Shown here: in pieces, positions 9,701 to 18,812 of the stretch | How the letters are laid out: every line of letters begins with the position of its first letter | Numbering within the stretch: the stretch's first letter is position 1 | The notes under the pieces: generated by a model | What the model saw: only the letters and a program-made list of their open reading frames with translations | Databases searched by the model: none | Told to the model about the DNA's origin: nothing | Position numbers and translations under genes: made by a program | From: an uncultured Desulfovibrionaceae bacterium | Lineage (GTDB): Bacteria > Desulfobacterota > Desulfovibrionia > Desulfovibrionales > Desulfovibrionaceae | NCBI GenBank assembly: GCA_937934715.1 | Contig: CALGYO010000049.1 | Location: forward strand, 19,257 to 83,256 | DNA: 64,000 nucleotides | Direction: 5' to 3'

Positions 9701-9911
9701 GAGCGCCCCTTGCGCGCGCGGGGCGGGCGCCCCTTCGTGTAGGGATGCAGGGGCTCGCGAAGAGCGCCCCTTGCGCGCGCGGGGCGGGCTCTCCATCGCA
9801 CAAGTAAACAGACTCTACTGGAGGGCGCTCCTTGCGCGCGCGGGGCGGGCATTGCGCTGGAGAGATCCGCAAGGATTGGCTCGCGCGCCCCTTGCGGGGC
9901 CCGGCGCCTCT
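9701..9911. CRISPR. orphan CRISPR-like mini-array: 28-bp repeat x3 plus one degenerate copy, 33-bp unique spacers
   Basis: GAGCGCCCCTTGCGCGCGCGGGGCGGGC at 9701 and 9762 (identical), 9823 (2 mismatches), degenerate copy near 9884. Exact 61-bp period; the three spacers are unrelated to each other; no cas genes in window. Confidence 0.45.
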
Positions 9912-10293
9912 TGCCGGGGGGCATTGCGCACGAATTCCCTCGGTACATCAGAAGACGCAACATCCTGAAACGCAATTCCCTGGCGCCATCCACAGCGCAT
10001 TGACGCGGCTTCACAGTTGCTTCCCATACATTGAAAGTATTTCGGGCGTGTTCATCAAAGATGTCCGCCAGCAGCATCCCTTCCTTCACTATTGGCGTCT
10101 GCCGTACAATACTGTACATGTTGAAATCCATGTTGCAGCGCAGGGAGAGCCATGCTTTTCCTTGCAAAAATCAAAAAAAACGATTACTTTTTAAAAAGTA
10201 ATAATTTTACCACAACCGGCCGTTTCATCGTTTACGCGCGCAACGGACGCGGCACGCCCAGGCGCCGTCAGATCCTTGCCAAAGGAGCCTGCC

Positions 10294-12522
10294 ATGCATC
10301 GCCTGTCCACCATCGTTCTGACCGGTTCGCTCCTTCTGGCCGCCCTGTCGGCCTTTCCGTCCGCCGCCGCAACGGCCACGACCGGCGACGATAGCGTGCT
10401 CCTGTTCCTGGCCAGCCTGCGCCCGCCACGGTCCACCAGCATCACCGTTGGCGCGTCCGGCGGCTCCCTCACGCTGGGGCCGGGCAGCGTCGCCTTCCCG
10501 GCCGCCGCCTTCGACGCCGCAACCGCCGTGACCCTGCGCCAGACCACCCCGACAAACACCTATGGCCTCACTCCGTCCGGCAAGGCCTACGCCCTGGACA
10601 TGGACGACGCCTGCCTGCGCCAGCCGGCCAGTCTGCAACTGCGCCTGGGCGGCCCGGACCGGCAGGTGGCAGTGGCTCTGAGTGAAACCGTCAGCTTCAC
10701 CGCCGACAGCCAAAGCGCCAACCTGCCGGAAATCCAGGTCGGCGCGGTCTCCGGCGGCCTGCTGACGCTCACCCTGCCGGAAAGCGCCGAATGCCCGGCC
10801 GCGTCGGCCGGCGCGGCCGCCGCCGGCCAGGCGCCCGCCGCGGCCACCAAACGGGCCATCACCTTCTGGGCCATAAGCGGCTTCCGGGCCGAGACCAGCG
10901 CCCATTTCTACCTCGTCTACCCCATAGGCGTCCTGGGCGAATCCGAGGACTATCCCCAGCTCGTCCTGGACGCCGCCGAGGAGGCCTACGCCAAACTGAG
11001 CGCCATGGGCTTCGATTTCTCCAGCCGATTTTCCTGGCCGTTTCGCATCAACATCCTCACGGGGCTTGGCGAACGCGACGGGGAAATCGATCTGCCCCTT
11101 TCCGGCAAGCGTTACCAGAGCGTCAACATCAACGCCGCCCTGTGCGTCCCGGGCAAGGAGAAACTCCTCAAGGCCACGGTGGGTCATGAATTCTTCCACG
11201 CCGTCCAGAACCTCTACGACCCGCGCACGGCCCTGGCCATCCGCAACACCCTTTTGTTCACCCCGCATTTCCTGTGGCTGGCCGAAGCCAGTTCCACCTG
11301 GTTCGAGTCGTCCATGCTCGACGACCCGGCCTACGTCCCCTCGATCTTTCTCACCAACGCCGAAATGGCTTCCCGGGGCCTGGAAACGGGCGCGGACCGG
11401 ACGGAGATGCAAAACATCGGCTACTGGGCCAGTGGCTTCCTGCGTTTTCTGCGCCTGGACCAGGGCTCCGATGCCTTCATTTTCAACCTGTGGACCACCG
11501 TGCGCAATCAGGTCGCCGGTACTTCGGGCTACAGCGATCTGCGGGCGCTCCTCGACGCCATGGGCGGCGGCATGGCGCTGGGCGGCAAGTGGACGACCTT
11601 CGCCAACCGCTTCCATACCAAAACCACGGGCTACTCCGGCTGGCCCCTGACGCCGGCCGACCGCGCCTGGTACAACGCCAGCCAGGCCTCGGCCGACATC
11701 GTCTCGGACCTGACGCCCTATAGCGCCCGCAAGCTGCTGTTCGTCTTCAACACCGCCGTGACCTCGCCCAACTACGTCATAAGCGTGCTCACCCCGCCCG
11801 CCAACCTGACCTACGCCCTCTACAAGGGCGCCGATGCCGCTGGTCCCTTCACTTTTCTCGGCAATCTGCGTTTCGGCTATCCTCAGCTATTTACCGCCGC
11901 CCCGGACGACATCTACCTGGTCTCGATCACCAACACCGACAGCGACGCGCCCTACGCCGCCACGGAGCAGGCCGCGGTCCACATCGGCCCCCAGGAAAGC
12001 TGCGCCTATTGCCCGGACGTGCCTGACACGGCCGTCTACGGCATGTCCGTCTACTCGGGCAACGCGTACAAGTACTGGCGGCCATCGGCGGGAAGCTCGG
12101 ACTACTATGCCTCGATCAGTTATTACGACGCGGCGGGGACAAAACCCAAGGAACTGGTCTGCAACTGGCCGTCAACTTTCAACATGCGTCTGCATAGCAC
12201 CTATTACTCCTCCGGGGGCCAGGAATACCTGCTATCCTATGACGACAATGGTTCGGGACACGGGACGCATTACTGGTACTACGAGAGCGGCGCCTTGTGG
12301 TACGAGATGCAATACAACCACGGCAAACGGGACGGCGTCTGGCTGATCAACCAAGCCGACGGCAAGCCCGCCTACCGGGGCCTCTACGCGGGCGACAAGA
12401 AAAGCGGGAGCTTCGTCAAGTACGACACGGCCGGCGACCCGGTTCTGACCTGCGTCTATGCCGACGACCTGCTGCAATCCGGGCCGGCCGACGCCTGCTG
12501 GCAGGAATTCGGCGGCCTGTAG
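10294..12522 (+). CDS. secreted HExxH metallopeptidase-like protein with C-terminal MORN/YwqK-type repeats
   Basis: Signal peptide (LLLAALSAFPSAAA) after AAAGGAG RBS; HEFFHAVQ with downstream EASSTWFE (gluzincin-like); C-terminal YWYYESGALWYEMQYNHGKRDGVW repeats. Confidence 0.6.
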   Translation: MHRLSTIVLTGSLLLAALSAFPSAAATATTGDDSVLLFLASLRPPRSTSITVGASGGSLTLGPGSVAFPAAAFDAATAVTLRQTTPTNTYGLTPSGKAYALDMDDACLRQPASLQLRLGGPDRQVAVALSETVSFTADSQSANLPEIQVGAVSGGLLTLTLPESAECPAASAGAAAAGQAPAAATKRAITFWAISGFRAETSAHFYLVYPIGVLGESEDYPQLVLDAAEEAYAKLSAMGFDFSSRFSWPFRINILTGLGERDGEIDLPLSGKRYQSVNINAALCVPGKEKLLKATVGHEFFHAVQNLYDPRTALAIRNTLLFTPHFLWLAEASSTWFESSMLDDPAYVPSIFLTNAEMASRGLETGADRTEMQNIGYWASGFLRFLRLDQGSDAFIFNLWTTVRNQVAGTSGYSDLRALLDAMGGGMALGGKWTTFANRFHTKTTGYSGWPLTPADRAWYNASQASADIVSDLTPYSARKLLFVFNTAVTSPNYVISVLTPPANLTYALYKGADAAGPFTFLGNLRFGYPQLFTAAPDDIYLVSITNTDSDAPYAATEQAAVHIGPQESCAYCPDVPDTAVYGMSVYSGNAYKYWRPSAGSSDYYASISYYDAAGTKPKELVCNWPSTFNMRLHSTYYSSGGQEYLLSYDDNGSGHGTHYWYYESGALWYEMQYNHGKRDGVWLINQADGKPAYRGLYAGDKKSGSFVKYDTAGDPVLTCVYADDLLQSGPADACWQEFGGL

Positions 12523-12531
12523 GCCGATGCC

Positions 12532-12612
12532 GGTCCGGAGAAATGCGCCAAGGGGCGCTACGGCGTCGTGGTCCCGGACCTCCGCCTGCCGGACGGGGAC
12601 GCGGACGCGTAG
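12532..12612 (+). pseudogene. fragment of a response-regulator receiver domain (paralog of 15380-15456)
   Basis: ggtccggagaaatgcgccaaggggcgctacggcgtcgtggtcccggacctccgcctgccggacggggac closely parallels the receiver-coding segment of the NtrC-type gene. Translates EKCAKGRYGVVVPDLRLPDGDADA* versus EKFAKGHYDVVVSDIRLPDGDGLD. Confidence 0.7.
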
Positions 12613-12852
12613 CCGCCCCGTCGTGTCCCGCCCGGTTTGACGCTTTCGCGCCAGCCGTCCGCGCTCCGGCCCCGGAAGCCCGGCCCTCTCCGCGTTCCCA
12701 TGCGTCCGCATGGAAACGCTCCCCAGGCGAAGATCCGTCCGGACCGGGAACGCCCAGGCCCCACGTCCTTTCCGGATATGCCTTGCGGCCGCCGCCCCGC
12801 ATGACGCCCCGATCCCCGGCCCGGCGGGACCGGCGCGGCGCAAAGAAGTTTC

Positions 12853-12868
12853 GGGCAAAGGGCTTGCC
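12853..12868 (+). promoter_or_regulatory. candidate sigma-54 (-24/-12) promoter GGGCAAAGGGCTTGCC
   Basis: GG-N10-GC spacing with TTGC -12 element, about 55 nt upstream of the first Fe-ADH start; near-palindrome GTTCCCATGCG-N2-CGCATGGAAAC at 12694-12717 sits about 140-160 nt upstream. Confidence 0.45.
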
Positions 12869-12922
12869 TAAGGCCGTGGACTCTGAGTACGCTCAAAGGG
12901 CTACTTCACCTGTGGAGGCTCG

Positions 12923-14065
12923 ATGAGCATCACGAAATTCGCCATCCCGGAAGTGATCTTCGGCAACGGCAGCATAAAGTATCTCGCGCCCTGCGCCCGC
13001 CGTCTCGGGGCCAAGCGCGTTCTCCTGGTCAGCGACCCCGGCGTGGAAAAGGCCGGCTGGGTCGAAGTCCTCATGGACCTGCTCCGAAAGGATTCCATCA
13101 AATGCGTCTACTTCAACGGGGTCTGTTCCAACCCCCGCGACGCGCAGGTGCATGAGGGAGCGGAGCTGTATCTGGAGAACGGCGCCGACGTCATCATCGG
13201 CATAGGCGGCGGCAGCCCCATCGACGCGGCCAAGGGAATATCCACCATCGTGGGCAACGGAGGCCGGATCAGGGACTACGAGGGGGCCAACAAGATCATG
13301 CGTCCCCTCCCCCCCATGATCTTCATCCCCTCCACCGCGGGCAGCGGTTCGGACGTCTCCCAGTTCTGCATCATCACCGACATCGAGCGGCAGGTGAAGA
13401 TGTCCATCATCAGCCGTTCCCTGGTGCCCAACCTTTCCATCATCGACCCCAACCTGCTGCGCACGAAAAGCCAGGAGCTGATCGCCGCCTCGGCCATCGA
13501 CGCCCTGGCCCACGCCGTGGAATCCTACGTCTCCAGGCTGGCGTCGCCCTTTACCGAGCCGCAGTCGCTGCTGGCCATCCAGCTGTTCATGGAGAACGTC
13601 CGCGAGGCGGTGGATTCCCGCTCGCCGGAGGCGCTCGAAAACCTGAGCATCGCCAGCACGGCGGCCGGCATGGCCTTCAGCAACGCGGGGCTGGGCATCG
13701 CCCACTCCCTGGCCCATTCCATCGGCGGCCGGTTCGACGTGCTGCACGGCATGGTCCATCCCGTGCTGCTGCCCTCGGTCATGCGCTTCAACCTCTCGTC
13801 CAGACCGAAGAAGCTGGCCCGCGTGGGGTTGCAGATAACCGGAAAGGAATACAAGTCCGACGAGATGCAGGCCATCATGGGCATCGAATACCTGGAGCGG
13901 TTGTTCCTGGAGCTGGGCGTGGCATGCCGGTTGCGGGACATCCTGCCCGACGACGGCGAGCTCGAACTGCTCTGCCACAAGGCGTTGCCCGACGCCTGCA
14001 CCCTGACCAATCCCCGGGAGACAACCTGCAAAGACCTGATGAAGGTATGCGAGGCCGCATGGTGA
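12923..14065 (+). CDS. iron-containing alcohol dehydrogenase
   Basis: Fe-ADH motifs GIGGGSPIDAAKG, STAGSGSDVS, HSLAHSIGGRFDVLHGMVHPVLLP. Confidence 0.9.
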   Translation: MSITKFAIPEVIFGNGSIKYLAPCARRLGAKRVLLVSDPGVEKAGWVEVLMDLLRKDSIKCVYFNGVCSNPRDAQVHEGAELYLENGADVIIGIGGGSPIDAAKGISTIVGNGGRIRDYEGANKIMRPLPPMIFIPSTAGSGSDVSQFCIITDIERQVKMSIISRSLVPNLSIIDPNLLRTKSQELIAASAIDALAHAVESYVSRLASPFTEPQSLLAIQLFMENVREAVDSRSPEALENLSIASTAAGMAFSNAGLGIAHSLAHSIGGRFDVLHGMVHPVLLPSVMRFNLSSRPKKLARVGLQITGKEYKSDEMQAIMGIEYLERLFLELGVACRLRDILPDDGELELLCHKALPDACTLTNPRETTCKDLMKVCEAAW

Positions 14066-15270
14066 GCAGCTCGAAAACGACCCTCGAAGACCTCATGGGC
14101 ATTGAGCACAGCAAGCTCAATTTCTTTCAGGAACTGCGGCAGAGCATCCAGAAGCTGAAGGCCAGCCACCGGGAGTCCGAGGACCAGCGCCTCGAAATCG
14201 CGGCCATCCTCGAAGGCATCACCGACGTCATGATGGTCCTGTCGGAGAACCTGGAGATCATCTCGGTGAACCACGTCTTCCTGGAGCTTTTCCCGGGCAT
14301 CAACCCCATCGGCCGGTACTGCTACGAGGTGTTCCGGCACACCGACTACCCGTGCCACGAATGCCCGGCTTTCCGCTCCCTCAGCACCGACGCGGTCTGC
14401 CGGGAAACGGCCATCTTTCGCATCGGCGGCCGCAACCGGCAATACCACATGGTCGCGGCGCCCCTGAAGAATCCCCACCTCCCCCAGCACCGCGTGCTGA
14501 TCTTCAAGCGGGACGTGACCATGGAGAAGGAATACCAGGCCAAATTCTACCAGGCCGAAAAGATGGCCACCATCGGCATGCTGGCGGCGGGGGTGGCCCA
14601 CGAGGTCAACAATCCCCTGGCCGCGGTGTCGGGTTTCGCCGAGGGGCTCAAACGCCGGCTGCCAAAGCTTGAAGGCATCGTGGACGAAGCCCTCTACGAG
14701 GATTTCAAGGAGTACACGGACACCATCCTCAAGGAATGCTCGCGCTGCCAGAAGATCGTCAAGACCCTCCTGACCTTCAGCAGGCCCATGGTGGCCGATT
14801 TCACCCAGGTCAGCGTCAACCGCGTGGTCAAGGACAGCATCCGCATCCTGCAGCATCATTTCAAGAGCCGTCCGAAACTCAAGGTCTCCATGTCCCTGGC
14901 GGAAATCCTGCCCATGATCTACGGCGACGAAGCCCAGCTGAAGCAGGTCGCCCTGAACCTCTTGACCAACGCGGTGGACGCCATCGGGAACGGGGAGGGG
15001 GAGCTGTGCGTGTCCACCACCATCCACGAAGGCGGGGTCCGCATGTCGGTGAGCGACACAGGCTGCGGCATCCCCGAAAAGGATCTGGACAAGCTCTTCG
15101 AACCGTTTTTTACCACCAAGCCCGTGGGCAAGGGCATCGGCATCGGTCTGGCCACCTGCTACCACATCGTCCGGGACCACGGCGGCGAGATCACGGTCAA
15201 CAGCGAACCGTGCGCCGGGACGTGCTTCTCGGTCACGCTCCCCATCGGGAAACGGGGCCGGCATGGCTAA
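14059..15270 (+). CDS. PAS-domain sensor histidine kinase
   Basis: H-box [20 protein letters not shown] box LLTNAVDA, G boxes DTGCGI / GKGIGIGL; ATG overlaps ADH stop (ATGGTGA). Confidence 0.85.
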   Translation: MVSSSKTTLEDLMGIEHSKLNFFQELRQSIQKLKASHRESEDQRLEIAAILEGITDVMMVLSENLEIISVNHVFLELFPGINPIGRYCYEVFRHTDYPCHECPAFRSLSTDAVCRETAIFRIGGRNRQYHMVAAPLKNPHLPQHRVLIFKRDVTMEKEYQAKFYQAEKMATIGMLAAGVAHEVNNPLAAVSGFAEGLKRRLPKLEGIVDEALYEDFKEYTDTILKECSRCQKIVKTLLTFSRPMVADFTQVSVNRVVKDSIRILQHHFKSRPKLKVSMSLAEILPMIYGDEAQLKQVALNLLTNAVDAIGNGEGELCVSTTIHEGGVRMSVSDTGCGIPEKDLDKLFEPFFTTKPVGKGIGIGLATCYHIVRDHGGEITVNSEPCAGTCFSVTLPIGKRGRHG

Positions 15271-16603
15271 CGCATACAGGGTCCTGGTCATCGACGACGA
15301 AGAGTCGATACTCCGGCTGCTCGAGCACGAGCTGAGCACGCCGGAACGCATCGTGGACACGGCGCCGACGGCCGCCATCGGCCTGGAGAAATTCGCCAAG
15401 GGGCACTACGACGTCGTGGTCTCGGACATCCGCCTGCCGGACGGGGACGGCCTGGACATGCTCGCCCAGTTCAAGACGGCCTATCCCGATATCGAGGTGG
15501 TGCTGATCACCGGGCACGGAAACATCGACAACGCGGTCGAGGCCATGCGCATCGGGGCGTACGACTATCTGACCAAACCCTTTCACCTCGACCGGGTGGA
15601 AATGGTCATCGAGCGGGCCTACCAGCGGGTCTGCCTCCAGCGGGAAAACCGCGGCTTCAGGCATTCCAAGCAGACCGTGGCCTCTTCCATGCTGGTGGGG
15701 AATTCCGCGCCCATCAAACAGATCAAGTATCTCATAAGCCGGGTGGCTCCGACGGACGTGGCCGTGCTGATCACCGGCGAAAGCGGCGTGGGCAAGGACG
15801 TGGTGGCGCGCGCCATCCAGGAGCAGAGCGAACGCGGCGAACGGCCCTTCATCGTCAAGAACTGCGCCACACTGCAAAAAGAGCTCATGCGCAGCGAACT
15901 GTTCGGGCATATGCGCGGCGCCTTCACCGGGGCCACCGAAAGCCAGGAGGGCCTTATGACCTTCGCCGATTCCGGGACCCTGTTCCTGGACGAGATCGGC
16001 GAACTGCCCCTGGAAGTGCAGGGGTCGCTGCTTAGGGTGCTGGAGGCCAAGACCTACCGCCGGGTTGGGGAGAAAAACGAACGGCGCATCGACATCCGGT
16101 TCCTGTTCGCCACGAGCCGGAACCTCGCCAAGGAGGTGGAGGAGGGACGGTTCAACGAGGCCCTGTATCACCGCATCAACGTCTTCAACATCGCCATTCC
16201 CCCCTTGTGCCTGCGCAAGGAGGACATTCCCCTGCTGGTGGACCATTTCCTGGGCCGCATGAGCATCGCCATGCGCCGGGAACGTCTGACCATCACGGAC
16301 AAGGCCGTCCAGTGCCTGACCCAATACGCCTGGCCCGGCAATGTCCGGGAACTGCGTAACGTGCTGGAGCGCAGCATCATCCTGGCCGAGGGAGGCGTGA
16401 TCACCGACCAGGCCTTGCCGAGGGAGCTGGCGGAATACGCCGATCAGGGCGGCGGCACGGTTTTTTCCCTGGAGGAGCTGGAACGCGAGCACATTCAGCG
16501 CGCGCTCCAGTTCTACGACGGCAACCGCCAGCAGGCGGCCAGGGCTCTGGGAATAGGCAGAAAAACCCTGTACCGGAAAATCGAGAAATTCGGGCTGGGC
16601 TAG
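15263..16603 (+). CDS. sigma-54-dependent response regulator (NtrC family)
   Basis: Receiver (VLVIDDEESI, DVVVSDIRLPDGDG), AAA+ activator core (GESGVGKD, ELFGHMRGAFTGA), C-terminal Fis-type HTH; start overlaps kinase stop. Confidence 0.95.
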   Translation: MANAYRVLVIDDEESILRLLEHELSTPERIVDTAPTAAIGLEKFAKGHYDVVVSDIRLPDGDGLDMLAQFKTAYPDIEVVLITGHGNIDNAVEAMRIGAYDYLTKPFHLDRVEMVIERAYQRVCLQRENRGFRHSKQTVASSMLVGNSAPIKQIKYLISRVAPTDVAVLITGESGVGKDVVARAIQEQSERGERPFIVKNCATLQKELMRSELFGHMRGAFTGATESQEGLMTFADSGTLFLDEIGELPLEVQGSLLRVLEAKTYRRVGEKNERRIDIRFLFATSRNLAKEVEEGRFNEALYHRINVFNIAIPPLCLRKEDIPLLVDHFLGRMSIAMRRERLTITDKAVQCLTQYAWPGNVRELRNVLERSIILAEGGVITDQALPRELAEYADQGGGTVFSLEELEREHIQRALQFYDGNRQQAARALGIGRKTLYRKIEKFGLG

Positions 16604-16637
16604 CCCCGCCTTCGGATCATCGAAGGCTCCCGCTGCG

Positions 16638-16666
16638 AAAACCCGTTTCGACAACGGGTTTTTTTG
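16638..16666 (+). terminator. rho-independent terminator after the regulator gene
   Basis: aaaacccgtt-tcgac-aacgggtt followed by a T-run. Confidence 0.7.
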
Positions 16667-16708
16667 CGTCCGGCGAAACGGGGAATTGTGACCCAATTGA
16701 TAGGAATT

Positions 16709-16729
16709 TGTGTATCAAAACGATACACA
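16709..16729. promoter_or_regulatory. palindromic upstream activator site candidate TGTGTATC-N5-GATACACA
   Basis: Perfect 8-bp inverted arms, about 150 nt upstream of the -24/-12 element of adh; geometry typical for enhancer-binding-protein sites. Confidence 0.45.
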
Positions 16730-16870
16730 TAATAACATACTAAAATATTGGGAGATATTGCAATAATCACGAAGAGCGTGGTCATCGTGACTCAATCGGC
16801 ATCAAGAAAGGCCACAGCAGGCTTTGGGGGTGAAAAATATAATATACTGGAACAATTGACTTAAAGAGAA

Positions 16871-16886
16871 TGGTCCAATCCTTGCT
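16871..16886 (+). promoter_or_regulatory. sigma-54 (-24/-12) promoter TGGTCCAATCCTTGCT
   Basis: TGG-N8-TTGC with canonical GG/GC spacing, about 80 nt upstream of the adh ATG. Confidence 0.6.
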
Positions 16887-16963
16887 CTAGGGGGATCGTC
16901 GCAGGGATGTGGCGAATACATGTCCCGAGTTCAGTCACCCTTATACCACAAGGACGGAACATT

Positions 16964-18145
16964 ATGGCAGTGCAAGAACAAGTCAACGGCTTTTTCATCC
17001 CCAGCGTTACCCTTATCGGCATCGGCGCCCACAAGGAGATCCCGGCCAAAATCAAGGCGCTGGGCAGCAAAAAACCCCTGCTCGTGACTGACAAGGGAAT
17101 CACCGCCTGCGGCATCACCCAGCAAATCGTCGATCTGCTCAGCGCCAACAAGATGAGCTGCGTGGTGTACGACGAGACGATCCCGAATCCCACCGACAAG
17201 AACGTCCACGACGGCGTGAAGGTCTACAAAGACAATAAATGCGATTCCCTGATCACCCTGGGCGGCGGCAGCTCCCACGACTGCGGCAAGGGCATCGGCC
17301 TGGTCGTGGCCAACGGCGGCAAGATTCATGATTTCGAAGGCGTGGACAAGTCCACCAAACCCATGCCCCCGTACATCGCGGTGAACACCACGGCCGGAAC
17401 CGCCTCCGAAATGACCCGCTTTTGCATCATCACCGACACCTCCCGCAAGGTGAAGATGGCCATCGTCGACTGGCGCGTCACCCCGGGCATCGCCCTGGAC
17501 GATCCCCTGCTGATGATGGGCATGCCCCCGGCCCTGACCGCCGCCACCGGCATGGACGCCCTGACCCACGCCGTCGAGGCTTACGTCTCGACCATCAGCA
17601 CCCCGATGACCGACGCCTGCGCCGAGAAGGCCATCCGCCTCATCTTCAAATTCCTGCGCCGCGCCGTGGCCAACGGCAGGGACATCGAGGCCCGCGAAGG
17701 CATGTGCTTCGCCCAGTATCTGGCGGGCATGGCCTTCAACAACGCCAGCCTGGGCCACGTGCACGCCATGGCTCACCAGCTGGGCGGCTTCTATGACCTG
17801 CCCCATGGCGAATGCAACGCCATCCTCCTCCCCCACGTGGAGAAGTTCAACCTCATCGCCCGGGTGGAGCGGTTCGCCGAAATGGCCGAGATGATGGACC
17901 AGAACATCTCCGGCATGAGCAAGCGCGACGCCGCCGAAAAGTGCCTGGACGCCATCAGGCAGCTCTCCTCGGATGTCGGCATCCCCTCCGGGCTGGTGGA
18001 GTTGGGCAAGCGTTACGGCAAGGACGTCAAGATCGAAGACATCGCCGTGATGACCGCCAACGCCCAGAAGGACGCCTGCGGCCTGACCAACCCGCGTCTG
18101 CCGCGCGACGCCGACGTCATGGCCATCTACAAATCAGCCATGTAG
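16964..18145 (+). CDS. adh: iron-containing alcohol dehydrogenase (Adh of the adh-hdr-flx module)
   Basis: GGGSSHDCGKG, NTTAGTASE, HAMAHQLGG..HGECNAILLPHV; start at MAVQEQ after AAGGA; directly precedes hdrCBA-flxDCBA as in D. vulgaris. Confidence 0.9.
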   Translation: MAVQEQVNGFFIPSVTLIGIGAHKEIPAKIKALGSKKPLLVTDKGITACGITQQIVDLLSANKMSCVVYDETIPNPTDKNVHDGVKVYKDNKCDSLITLGGGSSHDCGKGIGLVVANGGKIHDFEGVDKSTKPMPPYIAVNTTAGTASEMTRFCIITDTSRKVKMAIVDWRVTPGIALDDPLLMMGMPPALTAATGMDALTHAVEAYVSTISTPMTDACAEKAIRLIFKFLRRAVANGRDIEAREGMCFAQYLAGMAFNNASLGHVHAMAHQLGGFYDLPHGECNAILLPHVEKFNLIARVERFAEMAEMMDQNISGMSKRDAAEKCLDAIRQLSSDVGIPSGLVELGKRYGKDVKIEDIAVMTANAQKDACGLTNPRLPRDADVMAIYKSAM

Positions 18146-18160
18146 TCCTCCTCCCTTTCG

Positions 18161-18214
18161 ACGGGAGCGGGGCTCCGGCTCCGCTCCCGTTGAAAGACCG
18201 CTCGTATTCGAGCG
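18161..18214 (+). other. two tandem stem-loops between adh and hdrC (attenuator/processing candidate)
   Basis: acgggagcgg...ccgctcccgt (10-bp perfect stem) and ccgctcg-tatt-cgagcgg; no clear T-tract. Confidence 0.4.
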
Positions 18215-18260
18215 GCGTTCCCGCGCCATCCGCTTGCACCCAAAAGGGAGAATCGCGTCC

Positions 18261-18812
18261 ATGCCATCACATCCGAACGTCATTGACCCCGCATTCACTG
18301 GCGAGGTGCAGCGGGAAAGCGAGCAGAACCTCGCCCTGTGCTACCAGTGCGGCAACTGCACCGCCGGCTGCCCGGTTTCCTTCGCATACGACTACACGGT
18401 CAACCAGATCATGCGTCTGGTCCAGGCCGGAAGAAAGCGGGAGGCTTTGTCCTCCCACGCCATCTGGCTGTGCGCCTCCTGCGAGACCTGCACCACACGC
18501 TGTCCCAACGACATCGACGTGGCCAGGGTCATGGACGCGCTGCGCCACATGGCCCGCCGGGAAGACATGGTCAGCGAGAAGGCGGTCGGCGCTTTCTGGA
18601 AATCCTTCCTCGATTCCGTGGAGAAGCACGGACGCGTCTACGAGCTCGGCCTCATGGCCGCCTATGCGGGCAGGACGGGGCGCATGTTCACCGACGTGGA
18701 CCTGGCGCCCATGGCCCTGCGCAAGGGCAAGCTCGGTCTGAAGGCGCATGACATCGAGAAAATCGCCGAGATCAGGGGCATCTTTGACCGCTACCGGGAG
18801 CAACAGCAATGA
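18261..18812 (+). CDS. hdrC: heterodisulfide reductase subunit C-like (HdrC)
   Basis: Two 4Fe-4S motifs CYQCGNCTAGCP and CASCETCTTRCP; start after AAAGGGAG. Confidence 0.85.
   Translation: MPSHPNVIDPAFTGEVQRESEQNLALCYQCGNCTAGCPVSFAYDYTVNQIMRLVQAGRKREALSSHAIWLCASCETCTTRCPNDIDVARVMDALRHMARREDMVSEKAVGAFWKSFLDSVEKHGRVYELGLMAAYAGRTGRMFTDVDLAPMALRKGKLGLKAHDIEKIAEIRGIFDRYREQQQ

Noticed and set aside
9679-10167. 162-aa ORF (and several plus-strand ORFs) with repeated PARARGA peptides
   Set aside because: The peptide repeats are the translated 28-bp CRISPR-like DNA repeats; there is no coding signal between them.
10225-11616. 463-aa ORF antisense to the secreted HExxH protein gene
   Set aside because: Gly/Arg/Ala-rich nonsense composition; the plus-strand gene has an RBS, a signal peptide and a catalytic motif.
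13525-15399. 624-aa ORF antisense to the first ADH gene and the histidine kinase
   Set aside because: It overlaps two confidently recognised plus-strand genes; GC-driven open frame.
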